Origin: Polyangiaceae bacterium
GTDB lineage: Bacteria; Myxococcota_A; Polyangia; Polyangiales; Polyangiaceae
Length of the DNA: 64,000 bases
Direction of reading: 5' to 3'
NCBI GenBank assembly: GCA_965222375.1
Contig: CBDCTZ010000008.1
Coordinates: 352,001 to 416,000, forward strand
How positions within the stretch are numbered: position 1 is the first letter of the stretch; every line of letters begins with the position of its first letter. A program made the translations under genes and the position numbers. Below the pieces are notes generated by a model. The model was not told the DNA's origin, did no database searches, and saw only the letters and a list, made by a program, of their open reading frames with translations. Below, piece by piece: positions 1 to 10,360 of the stretch.

Positions 1-2547
1 CAAACCAAATCGGATCTGCGGCCCAAGGCGGTCCCGGAGCTTGCCGGGGCCCCGGGGCGAGCCCTTGCCATCTGGGTGCGCGTACACGACCGTGAAATCC
101 AGGTCGCTGGCGTTTACATCCGGCGGCAAGACTGCAACACCCCATGCGCGTGCCTCAGCGATCATGCGAACTACCTTGTCTATCTTCTCCTTGTCGGCGG
201 TCATCAGCGCCGCAAAGAACTCGGTGGGATAGTGCGCTTTCAAGTAGGCGGTCTGATACGTGATCAGGGCATAGGCAGCCGAGTGGCTCTTGTTGAAGCC
301 GTAAGAGGCGAAGCCTTCGACCTCGCCAAAGATCGCTCGAGCCTGCTCCTCGCTCACGCCGCGTTCCTTGGCGCCGTCGATGAATATCTGCTGTTGCCGC
401 GCCATTTCCGCGGCCTTCTTCTTGCCCATGGCTCGGCGCAGGAGATCGGCACCACCTAGGGTGTAGCCAGACAGATTCTGGGCGATCTGCATGACCTGCT
501 CTTGGTAGACGGGCACGCCGTAGGTGGGAGCGAGCACCTCATCGACGAGGGGGTGCAGCTTGCGGATGGCCTTGCGTCCGTGCTTGCCACCGATGAACTC
601 ATCGATCATTCCGGTGCCCAAGGGACCGGGACGGTAGAGGGCAACGGCGGCAACGATGTCCTCAAAGCAGTCTGGCTTGAGCTGGCGCAGCAGCTGCTGC
701 ATCCCACTCGACTCCAGCTGGAACACGCCGGTCGTGTCTCCAGACGACACCAGAGCGTAGGTTGCACGATCGTCCAAGGGCACGTCTCCGAGCTTCAGAG
801 GGTTGTCGCGACGATCCGGACGGGCGTTGACCAACCGCTCGGCGATATCGATCACGGTGAGAGTCTTCAGCCCGAGAAAGTCGAACTTCACCAGCCCCGC
901 GGCTTCGACGTCGTCTTTGTCGTACTGAGTCACGGGAACATCGTCGCTGACGAAGATCGGCACGTGATCCTCGAGAGCACCATCACTGATCACGACTCCC
1001 GCCGCGTGCATTCCTACGTGGCGGGTCAGCCCTTCCAGCTTCTTGGCTTGTCCCAAGAGCTCGGCGACCTGGGGGTCGGCGTCGACCATGGCTTTGAGCT
1101 TGGGCTCCATCTTCAGTGCCTGTTCGAGGGTCGCCGTCTTGCCCTGGCCCAGATCCGGCACCAGGCTCGCCATGCGCTGGGCGTCGGTTGCGGGGATCCC
1201 CATCGTGCGCGCGACGTCTTTGATGACGCTGCGCGCCTTGAGGTTCTGGAACGTCGCGATCTGCCCAACCGAGTCCTTGCCGTATTTTTCTCCAACGTAC
1301 GCAATGATCTCATCCCGCCTTGCCATACAGAAATCGATGTCGAAGTCCGGCATGCTGACGCGTTCAGGATTGAGGAATCGCTCGAACAGCAGGTTGTAGG
1401 GGATCGGGTCGATCTCCGTAATACCTAGGGCATAAGCGACGATGGAACCGGCGCCAGAGCCTCGGCCGGGGCCCACGGGGATCCCCCGGGCCTTGGCCTC
1501 ACGAATGAAGTCCCAGACGATGAGAAAGTAGCCGGGATACTTCATGTTCACGATCACATCGAGCTCAGTCTCGAGGCGCTCGCGGTAGCGGGCGTTGTCG
1601 ACGCTTTTGCCAGCTCGAGTGAAGTCGGCGAAGCGCTTCGCGAGGCCCTCTCGGGAAACGTGACGGAAGTAGCCTGGGGTGTCGTAGCCCTCGGGCACCG
1701 GAAAGCGCGGCAGCATGGGCTTGTCGAGCTCGAGCTTCAGCTCGGAACACATTTCGGCAATGGTCAGGGTGTTCTTCAGGGCCTCGGGAAGGTCCCGGAA
1801 CGCCGCCGCCATCTCCTCGGGGCTTTTCATGTACATCTCGAAAGAGCCGTGGTGGTGAGCTCTCTCCTGTGCGACGACGCGCCCGGTCCGAACACACTCC
1901 AGGTGCAGTTGCGCGTCCCCGTCCTCGCGAGTAGTGAAATGCACGTCGTTGGTCGCGACTAGGGGCACACCCTGATCTCGCGCTGCTCGGGTCAGAATGT
2001 CGTTCAGCACGGCTTGTTCGGGCAGCCCGTGATCCTGCAGCTCTACGAATAACCGACCCGGCGCGGCGCAGGACACGAGCCGTTCCAGGGTGGTCCCCGC
2101 GTGGGCTTCGCCATGCTCGAGTACGGACTGGGCCAGAACGCCTCCTAGGCACCCTGTCAACACGACGATGCCTTCTTGGTGGTGCTTGAGCGCGTCGAGG
2201 TCGATACAGGCACCCACGTCGCTTGCTGGCGCGCGATAACCGCGGCTCACCAGGTGCACGAGGTTGGCGTAGCCGGCCGCGTTTTCCGCCAACAGCACGA
2301 GGTGATCCACCACGCCACGCCCATCTTCGCGGACGACGTTTACCTCCGCCCCCAGGATTGGCTGCACTCCCGTGTCACGGCAACCCTTGTAGTGGCGGAT
2401 AGCACCGAACATGTTGGCTCGGTCCGTCAGCGCCACTGCGTGCATGCCAAGGGCATCGGCGCGCGCCGGCAGGTCCGCCAACTTCACTGAGCTCACCAGG
2501 AACGAGTACTGGGAGTGCACGTGCAGGTGAACGAACTCCGCGGCCAT
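1..2547 (-). CDS. dnaE: DNA polymerase III alpha subunit (3' end beyond the left edge)
   Basis: Absent from the ORF track because it runs off the edge. Manual minus-strand translation from ATG 2547 gives MAAEFVHLHVHSQYS (PHP domain), GPGRGSGAGS...LLFERFLNPERVSMPDFDIDF, VKFDFLGLKTLT and YGFNKSHSAAYA. Confidence 0.97.
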   Translation of the reverse strand, partial: MAAEFVHLHVHSQYSFLVSSVKLADLPARADALGMHAVALTDRANMFGAIRHYKGCRDTGVQPILGAEVNVVREDGRGVVDHLVLLAENAAGYANLVHLVSRGYRAPASDVGACIDLDALKHHQEGIVVLTGCLGGVLAQSVLEHGEAHAGTTLERLVSCAAPGRLFVELQDHGLPEQAVLNDILTRAARDQGVPLVATNDVHFTTREDGDAQLHLECVRTGRVVAQERAHHHGSFEMYMKSPEEMAAAFRDLPEALKNTLTIAEMCSELKLELDKPMLPRFPVPEGYDTPGYFRHVSREGLAKRFADFTRAGKSVDNARYRERLETELDVIVNMKYPGYFLIVWDFIREAKARGIPVGPGRGSGAGSIVAYALGITEIDPIPYNLLFERFLNPERVSMPDFDIDFCMARRDEIIAYVGEKYGKDSVGQIATFQNLKARSVIKDVARTMGIPATDAQRMASLVPDLGQGKTATLEQALKMEPKLKAMVDADPQVAELLGQAKKLEGLTRHVGMHAAGVVISDGALEDHVPIFVSDDVPVTQYDKDDVEAAGLVKFDFLGLKTLTVIDIAERLVNARPDRRDNPLKLGDVPLDDRATYALVSSGDTTGVFQLESSGMQQLLRQLKPDCFEDIVAAVALYRPGPLGTGMIDEFIGGKHGRKAIRKLHPLVDEVLAPTYGVPVYQEQVMQIAQNLSGYTLGGADLLRRAMGKKKAAEMARQQQIFIDGAKERGVSEEQARAIFGEVEGFASYGFNKSHSAAYALITYQTAYLKAHYPTEFFAALMTADKEKIDKVVRMIAEARAWGVAVLPPDVNASDLDFTVVYAHPDGKGSPRGPGKLRDRLGPQIRFGL

Positions 2548-2718
2548 GGCTCCCGTCCTCTACCATTCCAGCGACCGGAGCGAAGCCCTGCCTACACCTG
2601 CCCACACTGGACGCGGTCGGCTGGGTCCCTGCTCCGCGGTTGCTTTGGCGAAAAATCCGGCTAGGATGCCCGTGCTCGGGCTCAGGGAGGCCCGGCCTGG
2701 GCCGCCCAAGGAGGAACC

Positions 2719-3957
2719 ATGTTTCGTCGTAATCTTGCTTTCATCAGTGTGATCTTTGGCTTCGGCCTAATCGGAGCCGCGTGCAGTAGCGACGACGGAG
2801 GTGGATCGAGCAACACCGGCGGCCAAGCCGGGACAACAGGCAAGCCCGACCCCACGGGTCCCGGCGTGCAGCCCCCGGCAAAGGCCGGCGGAAGCACCGG
2901 CACGGGCAGCACGCCGACAGTAGTAGCGGTTAGGAAACTCTTCCTCGGCGAGAGCGACAAAGGCGGTTCCCCGGATCCCAATGGCTGGGAGAACTTTGGC
3001 TACAACCTCGACAATCTCATGTCGAGCAAGACGGGCACCAATCACTGCAAGCTGCCAGCAAACACTCCTCCCTCCAACAAGGTGGACGGCAAGGACGGCA
3101 TCGACAACAGCTTTGGCAAGAACATCCTCGCCATCCTGAAGACTTTCGTGCCGGCACCCAGTGACGAGGTCAACCAGGCCATTCTCGATGGTGACTTCAC
3201 CATCATGATCAAGATGGACAACCTGGATTCCGAGGCCAATCAGACGGATATCGCCTCCGCCCTCTACGGTGGCGCCTCCCTTGGCGACGCCCCCAAGTGG
3301 GACGGCACGGATATGTGGCCGGTGTTCCCCGAGCTGCTCAACGGCGGCGACATCGATGACCCGAAGGTCAAGTTCCCCAACGCCTACGTCGCGGGCAACA
3401 CCTGGGTCAGCGGTAGCAAGGGTATCGTCGATCTGACCGTCGGCATCGGAGGCCAGAACATCGCATTGGTCATCTCGGAAGCGGTGATCACCATGGATCT
3501 GTCCGGCACCGGAACCTCTGCGAGTGCAACCAACGGTATCATCGCAGGTGTGATCAAGACCAGTCAATTGGTGAGCGAAATCGAGAAGGTCGCCGGTCAA
3601 CTCACGGATGGCCAGCTCTGCCCAGGCAACCCCACGTTGGAGGGTGCGCTCGTGAGCATTCGCCAGGCGAGCGACATCATGGCTGACGGCACCAACGGTG
3701 ATCCCAACACCGAGTGTGACGCCATCAGCGTCGGCATCGGCTTCGAAGCTTCCGCGGTCCAACTGGGCGCGGTCGCCCCGCCGGCCACCGGGGGCAGCGA
3801 TCCCTGCGTCGACGGCGGCACGGGCACCGGTGGTGCCGGAGGTACGGGTGGCAGCGGCGGAGCTGGCGGGGCCAGCGGCGGTGCCGGTGGGGCCAGTGGC
3901 GGTGCCGGTGGGGCCAGTGGCGGCTCCGGTGGCGCGGCCGACGCCGGCACCGACTGA
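2719..3957 (+). CDS. Uncharacterised myxobacterial lipoprotein with Gly-rich linkers
   Basis: SD AAGGAGG upstream; lipobox IGAAC; beta-rich Cys-containing core; Gly/Ala C-terminal tail. Confidence 0.85.
   Translation: MFRRNLAFISVIFGFGLIGAACSSDDGGGSSNTGGQAGTTGKPDPTGPGVQPPAKAGGSTGTGSTPTVVAVRKLFLGESDKGGSPDPNGWENFGYNLDNLMSSKTGTNHCKLPANTPPSNKVDGKDGIDNSFGKNILAILKTFVPAPSDEVNQAILDGDFTIMIKMDNLDSEANQTDIASALYGGASLGDAPKWDGTDMWPVFPELLNGGDIDDPKVKFPNAYVAGNTWVSGSKGIVDLTVGIGGQNIALVISEAVITMDLSGTGTSASATNGIIAGVIKTSQLVSEIEKVAGQLTDGQLCPGNPTLEGALVSIRQASDIMADGTNGDPNTECDAISVGIGFEASAVQLGAVAPPATGGSDPCVDGGTGTGGAGGTGGSGGAGGASGGAGGASGGAGGASGGSGGAADAGTD
3865..3927 (+). repeat. Three near-perfect 21-bp coding tandem repeats (GGASGGA)
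   Basis: ggcggggccagcggcggtgcc / ggtggggccagtggcggtgcc / ggtggggccagtggcggctcc. Confidence 0.85.
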
Positions 3958-4264
3958 GCCAAGAAACCGCGGCTTTTCGCAGGATGTTTGCGAGCCAGAG
4001 GCGCCCGGCGCCCTGGCTCGCGGCATTTTGTCTTTGGTTACCAAGGCTTGCGGACTAGGCTGCGCCGGGAAGTTCGGCCGGGCTTTGGGCGTAGGTTGAC
4101 AAGTCGGTCAGCTTTCTTGAACACATCGAGGCGCTAGGCCGTCTATCGCCACGCGGGCACCCGGCATTCGGCGGGGCCCTTGCTTTTGAATGTCGAATTG
4201 GTCTACGGCTTGCGGGCCGGGCAGTAGTGCAAGAAGCGCGAAAACCCGCCGAGGAGGAACGGTA

Positions 4265-4882
4265 ATGGTCAGGAAATCAGCTTGGGTCGTGATTCTGGGT
4301 GCCGCAGTGTCGGTGTCAGCTCTTGGTGGGTGCACCTTTCAAGCAGGAGGCGCCGCGAAATCCGGCAACGAACCCCCTCCCCCGCCGGCTCCGGTCGAGC
4401 CCGCTCCGGCACCCACGACACCCGCAGAGCCTGCGCCGCCGCCGGCTCAGACCAGCACGGCCACGGTCAAGGGCGACAGTGTCAGCATCCCGGGTAACAT
4501 CGTGTTCGACACGGGCAAGGCGACGCTCAAGACCGGCGCTGGCAGCGAGGAAGTTCTAACCCAGCTCAAGAAGTTCTTGGATGAGAACCCCCAAGTCACC
4601 AAGCTCCGGATCGAAGGCCACACGGACAACGTGGGCAAGCCCGAGGACAACATGAAGCTCAGTGGGGAGCGCGCCCTGACCATCAAGAAGTGGCTGCTCG
4701 ACAAGGGCACCAAAGCCGAGCGTCTCATCGCGGTCGGCTTCGGTGAGACCCGTCCCGTCGCGGACAACGCCACGGCCGACGGCAAGGCGCAGAACCGTCG
4801 AACGGAATTCAAGATTGCCGAGCTCGGTGGCAAGAAGTACTTGAACCAGCCCGTCGACGGTGGCGGTCAAGAGTTCAAGTAA
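4265..4882 (+). CDS. OmpA-family peptidoglycan-binding lipoprotein
   Basis: SD GAGGAGG before ATG 4265; lipobox LGGC; Pro-rich linker; OmpA_C motifs IEGHTD, LSGERA, GFGETRP, NRRTEF. Confidence 0.93.
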   Translation: MVRKSAWVVILGAAVSVSALGGCTFQAGGAAKSGNEPPPPPAPVEPAPAPTTPAEPAPPPAQTSTATVKGDSVSIPGNIVFDTGKATLKTGAGSEEVLTQLKKFLDENPQVTKLRIEGHTDNVGKPEDNMKLSGERALTIKKWLLDKGTKAERLIAVGFGETRPVADNATADGKAQNRRTEFKIAELGGKKYLNQPVDGGGQEFK

Positions 4883-4902
4883 GCTCGCCTAGCGCCCTAC
4901 TG

Positions 4903-4947
4903 AAGGCCGACCCGCGCAGCGTTGCGAGGGTCGGCTTTCTACATTTT
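4903..4947 (+). terminator. Probable intrinsic terminator after the OmpA-family gene
   Basis: Stem GCCGACCC...GGGTCGGC followed by TTTCTACATTTT. Confidence 0.65.
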
Positions 4948-4973
4948 GTCGGCTCCGTGCTAAGGGGCGATGC

Positions 4974-5510
4974 ATGGACTATCGTCAGGCGTGTCTCCTG
5001 GTGGCACTTGGCTGTGCTGCCTGCAGCAAGGAACCGCCCGACATGCGCGAATGGCGCAGGAGCGACCATGATCACACCCAGTCACCCTCCGCCGGACAGG
5101 TGCCGACAGACGAAAAGGGGAAAGCCAAGTCGCCCGCCGCCATGCTGGGTATCGACGAGGTCGTGCTGACCACCTGGAAGCAGAAGTGCACCAGCTGCCA
5201 CGGCCTGATTGGCCAGGGAGACGGCCCCCGAGGTCGTGAGACCGGCGCGCGCAACTTGGGCGACGCCAAGTGGCAGAGCTCCGTATCTGACGAGCAACTC
5301 GCCGCGAGCATTCGAGACGGAAAGGGCAATATGCCCGCCAACCCGTTGCCCAACACCACAATCGCGGGACTAGTCAAGCTGGTTCGCAAGATGGCACCCA
5401 AAGCTGCCCCGCCCAGCTCCGCAGCGCCGTCGGCCTCCGGAGCGCCGAGCGCGGCATCCCCACCGGCAACGCCGCCCGCAACGCCGAGGGGAGTTCCGAC
5501 AACGCCGTGA
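4974..5510 (+). CDS. Monoheme c-type cytochrome lipoprotein
   Basis: Lipobox CAAC; CTSCH heme motif; distal Met in GKGNMPA. Confidence 0.88.
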   Translation: MDYRQACLLVALGCAACSKEPPDMREWRRSDHDHTQSPSAGQVPTDEKGKAKSPAAMLGIDEVVLTTWKQKCTSCHGLIGQGDGPRGRETGARNLGDAKWQSSVSDEQLAASIRDGKGNMPANPLPNTTIAGLVKLVRKMAPKAAPPSSAAPSASGAPSAASPPATPPATPRGVPTTP

Positions 5511-5872
5511 AGCCCGCGCACCGAAAGCTGGTCGGCCGCCTACTCCTATTCAGCGGCCTGGCTTTCGCCTTCACCCAGATGCTTCCCGAGGTGCCCCGGA
5601 CGCAGCCACTGGTATTCGATCTGTCCGGTCCCGACCGCCTCGACAGCGTGGCCGTCGAGTTGACGCGGCAGGGCCAAGACCAGCCCAGCCGGGGATTTTC
5701 TCTGCCTGTGCAAGGTTCCCGTCGCAAGATGAGGCATAGCGTCGATTTGCCCCATGGTCAGTACACTCTCGACGCACGCTTGACCGACAAGAAAGGTCGC
5801 GAGACGCAGGTTTCCCGACGCGTTACTCTCGACGGCAACGAGATTCGAGTGAAGATCGCCCTGTCCCCATGA
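5507..5872 (+). CDS. Hypothetical membrane-anchored protein
   Basis: N-terminal hydrophobic helix; 4-bp GTGA and ATGA overlaps with both neighbours. Confidence 0.7.
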   Translation: MKPAHRKLVGRLLLFSGLAFAFTQMLPEVPRTQPLVFDLSGPDRLDSVAVELTRQGQDQPSRGFSLPVQGSRRKMRHSVDLPHGQYTLDARLTDKKGRETQVSRRVTLDGNEIRVKIALSP

Positions 5873-7224
5873 GCTCCACGACCAAAGCGGAACTTGCAAC
5901 CCGAGCCGCCCTCTCCCCTGAAGGCGATCCGGACCAACTCGTCCTCTTGGTGTTGACGGGAAAAGCACGAGGCCAGCGAGTTTCCGTCGGTGACAAGCTG
6001 CGGATCGGAAAAGCCCCCGACAACGACCTCGTTCTCTCGGACGACACGGTCTCGCGGCATCATTGCGAGCTGGAGCGCGGAGACGGCGGCCTGGTGGTTC
6101 GAGACCTGGACTCGACCAACTATACACGGGTAGGCCGCACCAAAGTGCGGGAAGCCACCTTGGGCCCCGGTGCCACGCTGACCGTGGGCGACGTGGACCT
6201 CGTGCTCCGAACCGAGCCCAACCGCACCCACATTCTGCCCTCGGAGAGTGATCAGTTCGGTGATGCGCTTGGGCCTAGTCTAGCGATGCGAACACTGTTC
6301 GGGCTTTTGGAACACATCGCTCCGACCGACGCGCCCGTGCTGCTCGAGGGCGAAACTGGAACCGGCAAGGACGTGCTGGCTCGCTCCATCCACCAGACCA
6401 GCCCGCGCACTAAGGAGCCCTTCATCGTCGTCGACTGCGGTGCCCTCAGCTACAACCTGCTCGAGAGCGAACTTTTCGGGCACGAGCGGGGAGCGTTCAC
6501 CGGGGCCGTTGCCCAGCGCCAAGGCGCCTTCGAGAGCGCCGGCATGGGTACCGTGTTCTTGGACGAGGTGGGCGAACTGCCTCTGGATGTTCAGCCCAAG
6601 CTGCTCAGAGTTCTCGAGACTGGGGAGTTCCGCCGGGTCGGAGGCAACAAGCTGATGCGCGCCCATGCGCGAGTCGTGGCCGCCACCAAGCGTAACCTCA
6701 AGGAAGAGGTGGAGCGCGGCAAGTTCCGCGAGGACCTCTACTTTCGCCTCGCAGTCGTGCCAATCACGGTGCCGCCCCTGCGCCAGCGCCGAGAAGAGAT
6801 CCCAGCGCTGATCGAGTACTTCCTGCAGCTCGCCAAGGAGCGTGATCCCGCTGCGGCGGACGTGATCATCTCTCCAGACACCATCGCGGGGCTGTCAGCG
6901 CACGATTGGCCGGGCAACGTCCGGGAACTCAGAAACGTCTTGGACCGCGCGCTGTACATTGCGACCGCGAGTGGCGCCCGAGAACTACGATTGGTGGATC
7001 TTCCCGTTGGTGCCTCCTTGACCCGAACGGGCGTGACCGGGCCTTTTGAACCCACCAAGACCTACCGGGAGGTGAAGGCTGACTTCGAAGCCGAGTTCGA
7101 GCGGGCCTACGTGCATTGGCTGCTGTCCCGGCACTCCGGCAACGTGAGCGCCGCCGCCCGTGAAGCCAAAATGGATCGCAAGTACCTCTCAGACCTGGCC
7201 AAGCGCCACGGCCTCCGGGACTGA
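5869..7224 (+). CDS. FHA-domain sigma54-dependent transcriptional activator
   Basis: FHA (IGK...VSRHH...DLDSTN); Walker [39 protein letters not shown]; Fis-type HTH. Confidence 0.96.
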   Translation: MSSTTKAELATRAALSPEGDPDQLVLLVLTGKARGQRVSVGDKLRIGKAPDNDLVLSDDTVSRHHCELERGDGGLVVRDLDSTNYTRVGRTKVREATLGPGATLTVGDVDLVLRTEPNRTHILPSESDQFGDALGPSLAMRTLFGLLEHIAPTDAPVLLEGETGTGKDVLARSIHQTSPRTKEPFIVVDCGALSYNLLESELFGHERGAFTGAVAQRQGAFESAGMGTVFLDEVGELPLDVQPKLLRVLETGEFRRVGGNKLMRAHARVVAATKRNLKEEVERGKFREDLYFRLAVVPITVPPLRQRREEIPALIEYFLQLAKERDPAAADVIISPDTIAGLSAHDWPGNVRELRNVLDRALYIATASGARELRLVDLPVGASLTRTGVTGPFEPTKTYREVKADFEAEFERAYVHWLLSRHSGNVSAAAREAKMDRKYLSDLAKRHGLRD

Positions 7225-7227
7225 CGC

Positions 7228-8481
7228 TCAGAAACCGCCGCTGAATTGCAGTCCAAACACCAACGCGAAGGTGTCGTCGGGTTTTTCGCCAGCCAGAGTG
7301 AAGTCGTCGAGTTCGGTTTGAATCAAGTTGACGTTTGCACCAGCTGATGCGTTGAGCATCATGCCCAGAAGGCGATTGCCGGGCGCGCCTCGCCACTCCC
7401 CGAGCACGCGACCGCCAATTAAAAAGCTTTTCATGGGGCTAACCTCGCGGTCACCGCTCCAGTACTGCCCCCGGGGACCGAACAGCGGCTCACCACCGGT
7501 ATAGTCATCGCTCCAGAACAAGGCGCCGGTCTGCTGATAGTAGCGCCCACGGATCAATAATCGCAGCCAGGGCGTCATGAAGCGCTCCGCGTCGACCTGG
7601 TAGGTCTGCCCCAAGATGTCCCAGGTGTCCTTGTAGCCGCGGACGCCAAGGCCGAAGGCCGTGTCGATCTCCCGAACGAAGTACTTCGCGCGAACCGCCA
7701 CGGCGGTTCGCGCTCGGTTCTCTGGGTGGTTTTCCTGGGCGATTTGCCCCGAAGGCCCAACCACGACGCCACGATAGGGATTGCCCAGGAACCCATTCTG
7801 GATCTGAAACGTGCTGACAACCTGAGTGGTCAACACCGGGGTCCACGCTTGTGTCCAACCCGCCTGGAAGTTGTTGATGTCGATGTCTTGCTCTTGGCGA
7901 TCGTCAGCGCCTTTGAAGCAGCCATCAGAGCTATCTAGGGGCAATCGCAAACTCGGATCCCGGCTCTCCGGGAATGCCGCGTTGCAGACCCGATCGAAGC
8001 CGCGCGCGTAGGAAAGTTCTATTTCAGTGTTCTTCTGGAGGAAGTCCGTAGCCGTGGAAACCGAGAAGCTGTGCGAACGGTAGTCGAGTTCCTGCGCATA
8101 GGCGTAACCGGCACTCAAGCGCGTGTTGCGCTTCCGCAGCGTGACGCCCCCGGTAGCGACGTGCCGCAGGTCCTCCACGGACGCTTGAGAGATCACATCC
8201 GGCGACGACAAGCGTCCGGCTTTTACCGGCTCGCTGGCACCGGAAACGATGTCCGCCTCGTAGCCAGCATTCACCGTGATCCACTCCCAAGGCGTCACCG
8301 CCAAGGATGCGTTGGGGTTGATGACCGTCATTTGGCTGCCCACCGAGGACGGTTCGTGAAAGATGGTCGTTCCCAGAGACAGCTCCGCCACCTGCGCGCG
8401 TCCGGGCAGCGACACGAACAGGACTGCAAGCAACGTAGCAAGCGCGCTTGTCCAGCGACAGAATGTGCGGAGCGCGTTCAT
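7228..8481 (-). CDS. DUF3570-family outer-membrane beta-barrel protein
   Basis: Signal peptide; ADIVSGAS, ELDYRS, GFLGNPYR, ENHPENRAR and YKDTWDI motifs; C-terminal Phe; adjacent to DUF4266. Confidence 0.8.
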   Translation of the reverse strand: MNALRTFCRWTSALATLLAVLFVSLPGRAQVAELSLGTTIFHEPSSVGSQMTVINPNASLAVTPWEWITVNAGYEADIVSGASEPVKAGRLSSPDVISQASVEDLRHVATGGVTLRKRNTRLSAGYAYAQELDYRSHSFSVSTATDFLQKNTEIELSYARGFDRVCNAAFPESRDPSLRLPLDSSDGCFKGADDRQEQDIDINNFQAGWTQAWTPVLTTQVVSTFQIQNGFLGNPYRGVVVGPSGQIAQENHPENRARTAVAVRAKYFVREIDTAFGLGVRGYKDTWDILGQTYQVDAERFMTPWLRLLIRGRYYQQTGALFWSDDYTGGEPLFGPRGQYWSGDREVSPMKSFLIGGRVLGEWRGAPGNRLLGMMLNASAGANVNLIQTELDDFTLAGEKPDDTFALVFGLQFSGGF

Positions 8482-8771
8482 CAGTTGCAGCCGCAGCCTC
8501 CGCCTTCCACCGACCCACCGCCGTAGGATCCTTCGCGGTTCTCCAGCACGTGTTCCAGTGCGGTCTCGTCCCGTTGTTCGCTTTTCATCTGCATGGTGGG
8601 GTCAGCCAGGATGCTGCGCTGCTCGGGACGAACCGTGACACAGCCGACTGCCGTGGACATCACCAGCGCGCTGAGACCGAGCAGAACGGCGATTCGCGCA
8701 GCTGGCGTCGACGCGCCGCAGAGGGCAAGCGCCCCTTCGGTCACGTTGCGTGTGCGGTGTGCGTTCATCAT
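8481..8771 (-). CDS. DUF4266-family small lipoprotein
   Basis: Lipobox AVGC, VRPEQRSILADPTM, C-terminal REGSYGG...GGGCGCN. Exact start uncertain. Confidence 0.85.
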   Translation of the reverse strand: MMNAHRTRNVTEGALALCGASTPAARIAVLLGLSALVMSTAVGCVTVRPEQRSILADPTMQMKSEQRDETALEHVLENREGSYGGGSVEGGGCGCN

Positions 8772-8794
8772 CCGTTCCTCTCGTTCATCGGGAC

Positions 8795-9559
8795 TCAGAA
8801 GTAGGTCCCCAGCCCGCCGTAGTAGACTTGCACGTTCCTGTAGGTGTCCTCGGTGAAGATCACCGTGTTGTTCGCCTCCAAGCGGAGCAGGATGCGCAAA
8901 CGCAGCGACACCAGCAGCCCACCGCCGGCGCGGGCGTGAAAGAAGTCCTGGCTATCCCGCAAGAACTCGTCATTGGGGATTTCTCGCAGCCCCCCGCCTC
9001 CGATGTGCATGAACGGCGCGATTGCCCAATCCGGCGCGAAGTTCAGGGTGCCTCCGGCCCCGTAGACGAAGCGTCGCCCAATCCGCTGCAGCGCCAAGCC
9101 CGCATAGGGTTCGAAGGCAATGGCGGGCGCAATGACCCAAGCAGGTCGGATCTCCACGTAGCCGTCGCCGTCGATGACGCCACCCATCAGCGCGAACCCC
9201 GCATTGGCTTCCTGCAGCGCGGGTGGAGCGAAGAAGCCCGGCTTGACCGCGCCCTCCGGGGCGTCTGGTCCGGCGCCAATGGGCTCGATGGTGTCGCCCA
9301 GCACCCACCCCTGGCGGCCGTCGGGGAGCACGACTTTGAGCCAGAAACCCGTACCTTCGCGGCCCTCGATCAAGAAGGTCTCTCCGCGGGTAGCGCGGTA
9401 GATCACCCGGTGTGTGACGCCGGGACCGGAGCGAAGGGCCGTCTCTGACACAACGACACGAGCGAAGGCATCGATGTCCTCGTCGTCGTCCGCCGCGCGG
9501 ATCTGGGGCGCCACACTCAGTAGGCCGACCACTAGGAGCAGAGTCGCAATCGATCTCAT
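8795..9559 (-). CDS. SH3-domain protein with a C-terminal outer-membrane beta-barrel
   Basis: Signal peptide; bacterial SH3 motif LRSGPG...WLKVVLPDGRQGWV; amphipathic strands ending GTYF; ATGA overlap with the upstream gene. Confidence 0.8.
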   Translation of the reverse strand: MRSIATLLLVVGLLSVAPQIRAADDDEDIDAFARVVVSETALRSGPGVTHRVIYRATRGETFLIEGREGTGFWLKVVLPDGRQGWVLGDTIEPIGAGPDAPEGAVKPGFFAPPALQEANAGFALMGGVIDGDGYVEIRPAWVIAPAIAFEPYAGLALQRIGRRFVYGAGGTLNFAPDWAIAPFMHIGGGGLREIPNDEFLRDSQDFFHARAGGGLLVSLRLRILLRLEANNTVIFTEDTYRNVQVYYGGLGTYF

Positions 9560-10044
9560 TGCGTCGAAAACTTCGTCGCCCACTCCCGGATGATGTCCGC
9601 CTCTGGGCTCTGTTCACTGAACATCGCGCGCGGATGTGCTTGGGTTCCGGTAGGTCGATTCAATAGAGCGGCCAGGCTGGGGTCGATCTGCATACGCGAC
9701 TGGGAGGTCTGGTAGTTCTCGCGCGCTGCTGGGGGTGGCGCCGCGGCGGGCACCAAGGAACCGCCGCAGCTCTCACCAACCAGGGGCGGGCCATAATCCT
9801 TGAGACGATAGGCGGTGACATTGAAGTGACACGCGCTCGCCGCGTCGCCCTTGCTCGGGTCTCCGGGCCCACAGCGCTGGGCAAACAACATCGGTTCCAC
9901 GCGACAGTAGTAGTAGTTCTCGTCGTAGACGGCCTCTGCGATGTTGAAATCTGCGCCGGGTTCCACCGTCGTACACCCCAGCAACAGCACTCCAACCAGT
10001 AGCGAGAATCTCGATTTGAGCGTTTTGGCGGGAACGCAACTCAT
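9556..10044 (-). CDS. Lipoprotein, possible atypical c-type cytochrome (CX13CH)
   Basis: Lipobox LLGC; VEPMLFAQRC-GPGDPSKGDAASA-CH...LLNRP...AHP...IIREWA. Confidence 0.65.
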   Translation of the reverse strand: MSCVPAKTLKSRFSLLVGVLLLGCTTVEPGADFNIAEAVYDENYYYCRVEPMLFAQRCGPGDPSKGDAASACHFNVTAYRLKDYGPPLVGESCGGSLVPAAAPPPAARENYQTSQSRMQIDPSLAALLNRPTGTQAHPRAMFSEQSPEADIIREWATKFSTQ

Positions 10045-10360
10045 GGAACGTTGGCGGCTGTATTGGGAGCCCAATCAGTGGAATAAGATCGTGTCCAGAG
10101 ACAGGTAGCACGCTAACAAACCGAGATGGAAAGGGTAAGCCTCGTCAGAGTGGGACCCGCTCGCCCACTGTCCTACATAAATAACTGTGAGGGGCGGTTT
10201 GGGATTGAACGCCACGGCCAAGGCGGCTAACTCTTGGCCCGTCAGCTCGGGATGTCGTATCTTTCCCTACATTGGCGCTGACCGCTTCAGATTCTCGTCC
10301 TAAGACGAGGCTTGGACTAGGGGGAATTCCGACAACGCTCTGCCCGCTCTGGAGATCTCG

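Noticed and set aside
502..2490. Plus-strand ORFs 502-1428, 1660-1962 and 2176-2490
   Set aside because: Antisense shadows of dnaE, caused by high-GC codon bias.
3800..3957. GC-rich repeats considered as a possible CRISPR array or VNTR element
   Set aside because: In-frame Gly/Ala linker with no spacers; no cas genes in the window.
2767..4044. 425-aa minus-strand ORF
   Set aside because: Shadow of the lipoprotein gene, which has the SD and lipobox; no motifs of its own.
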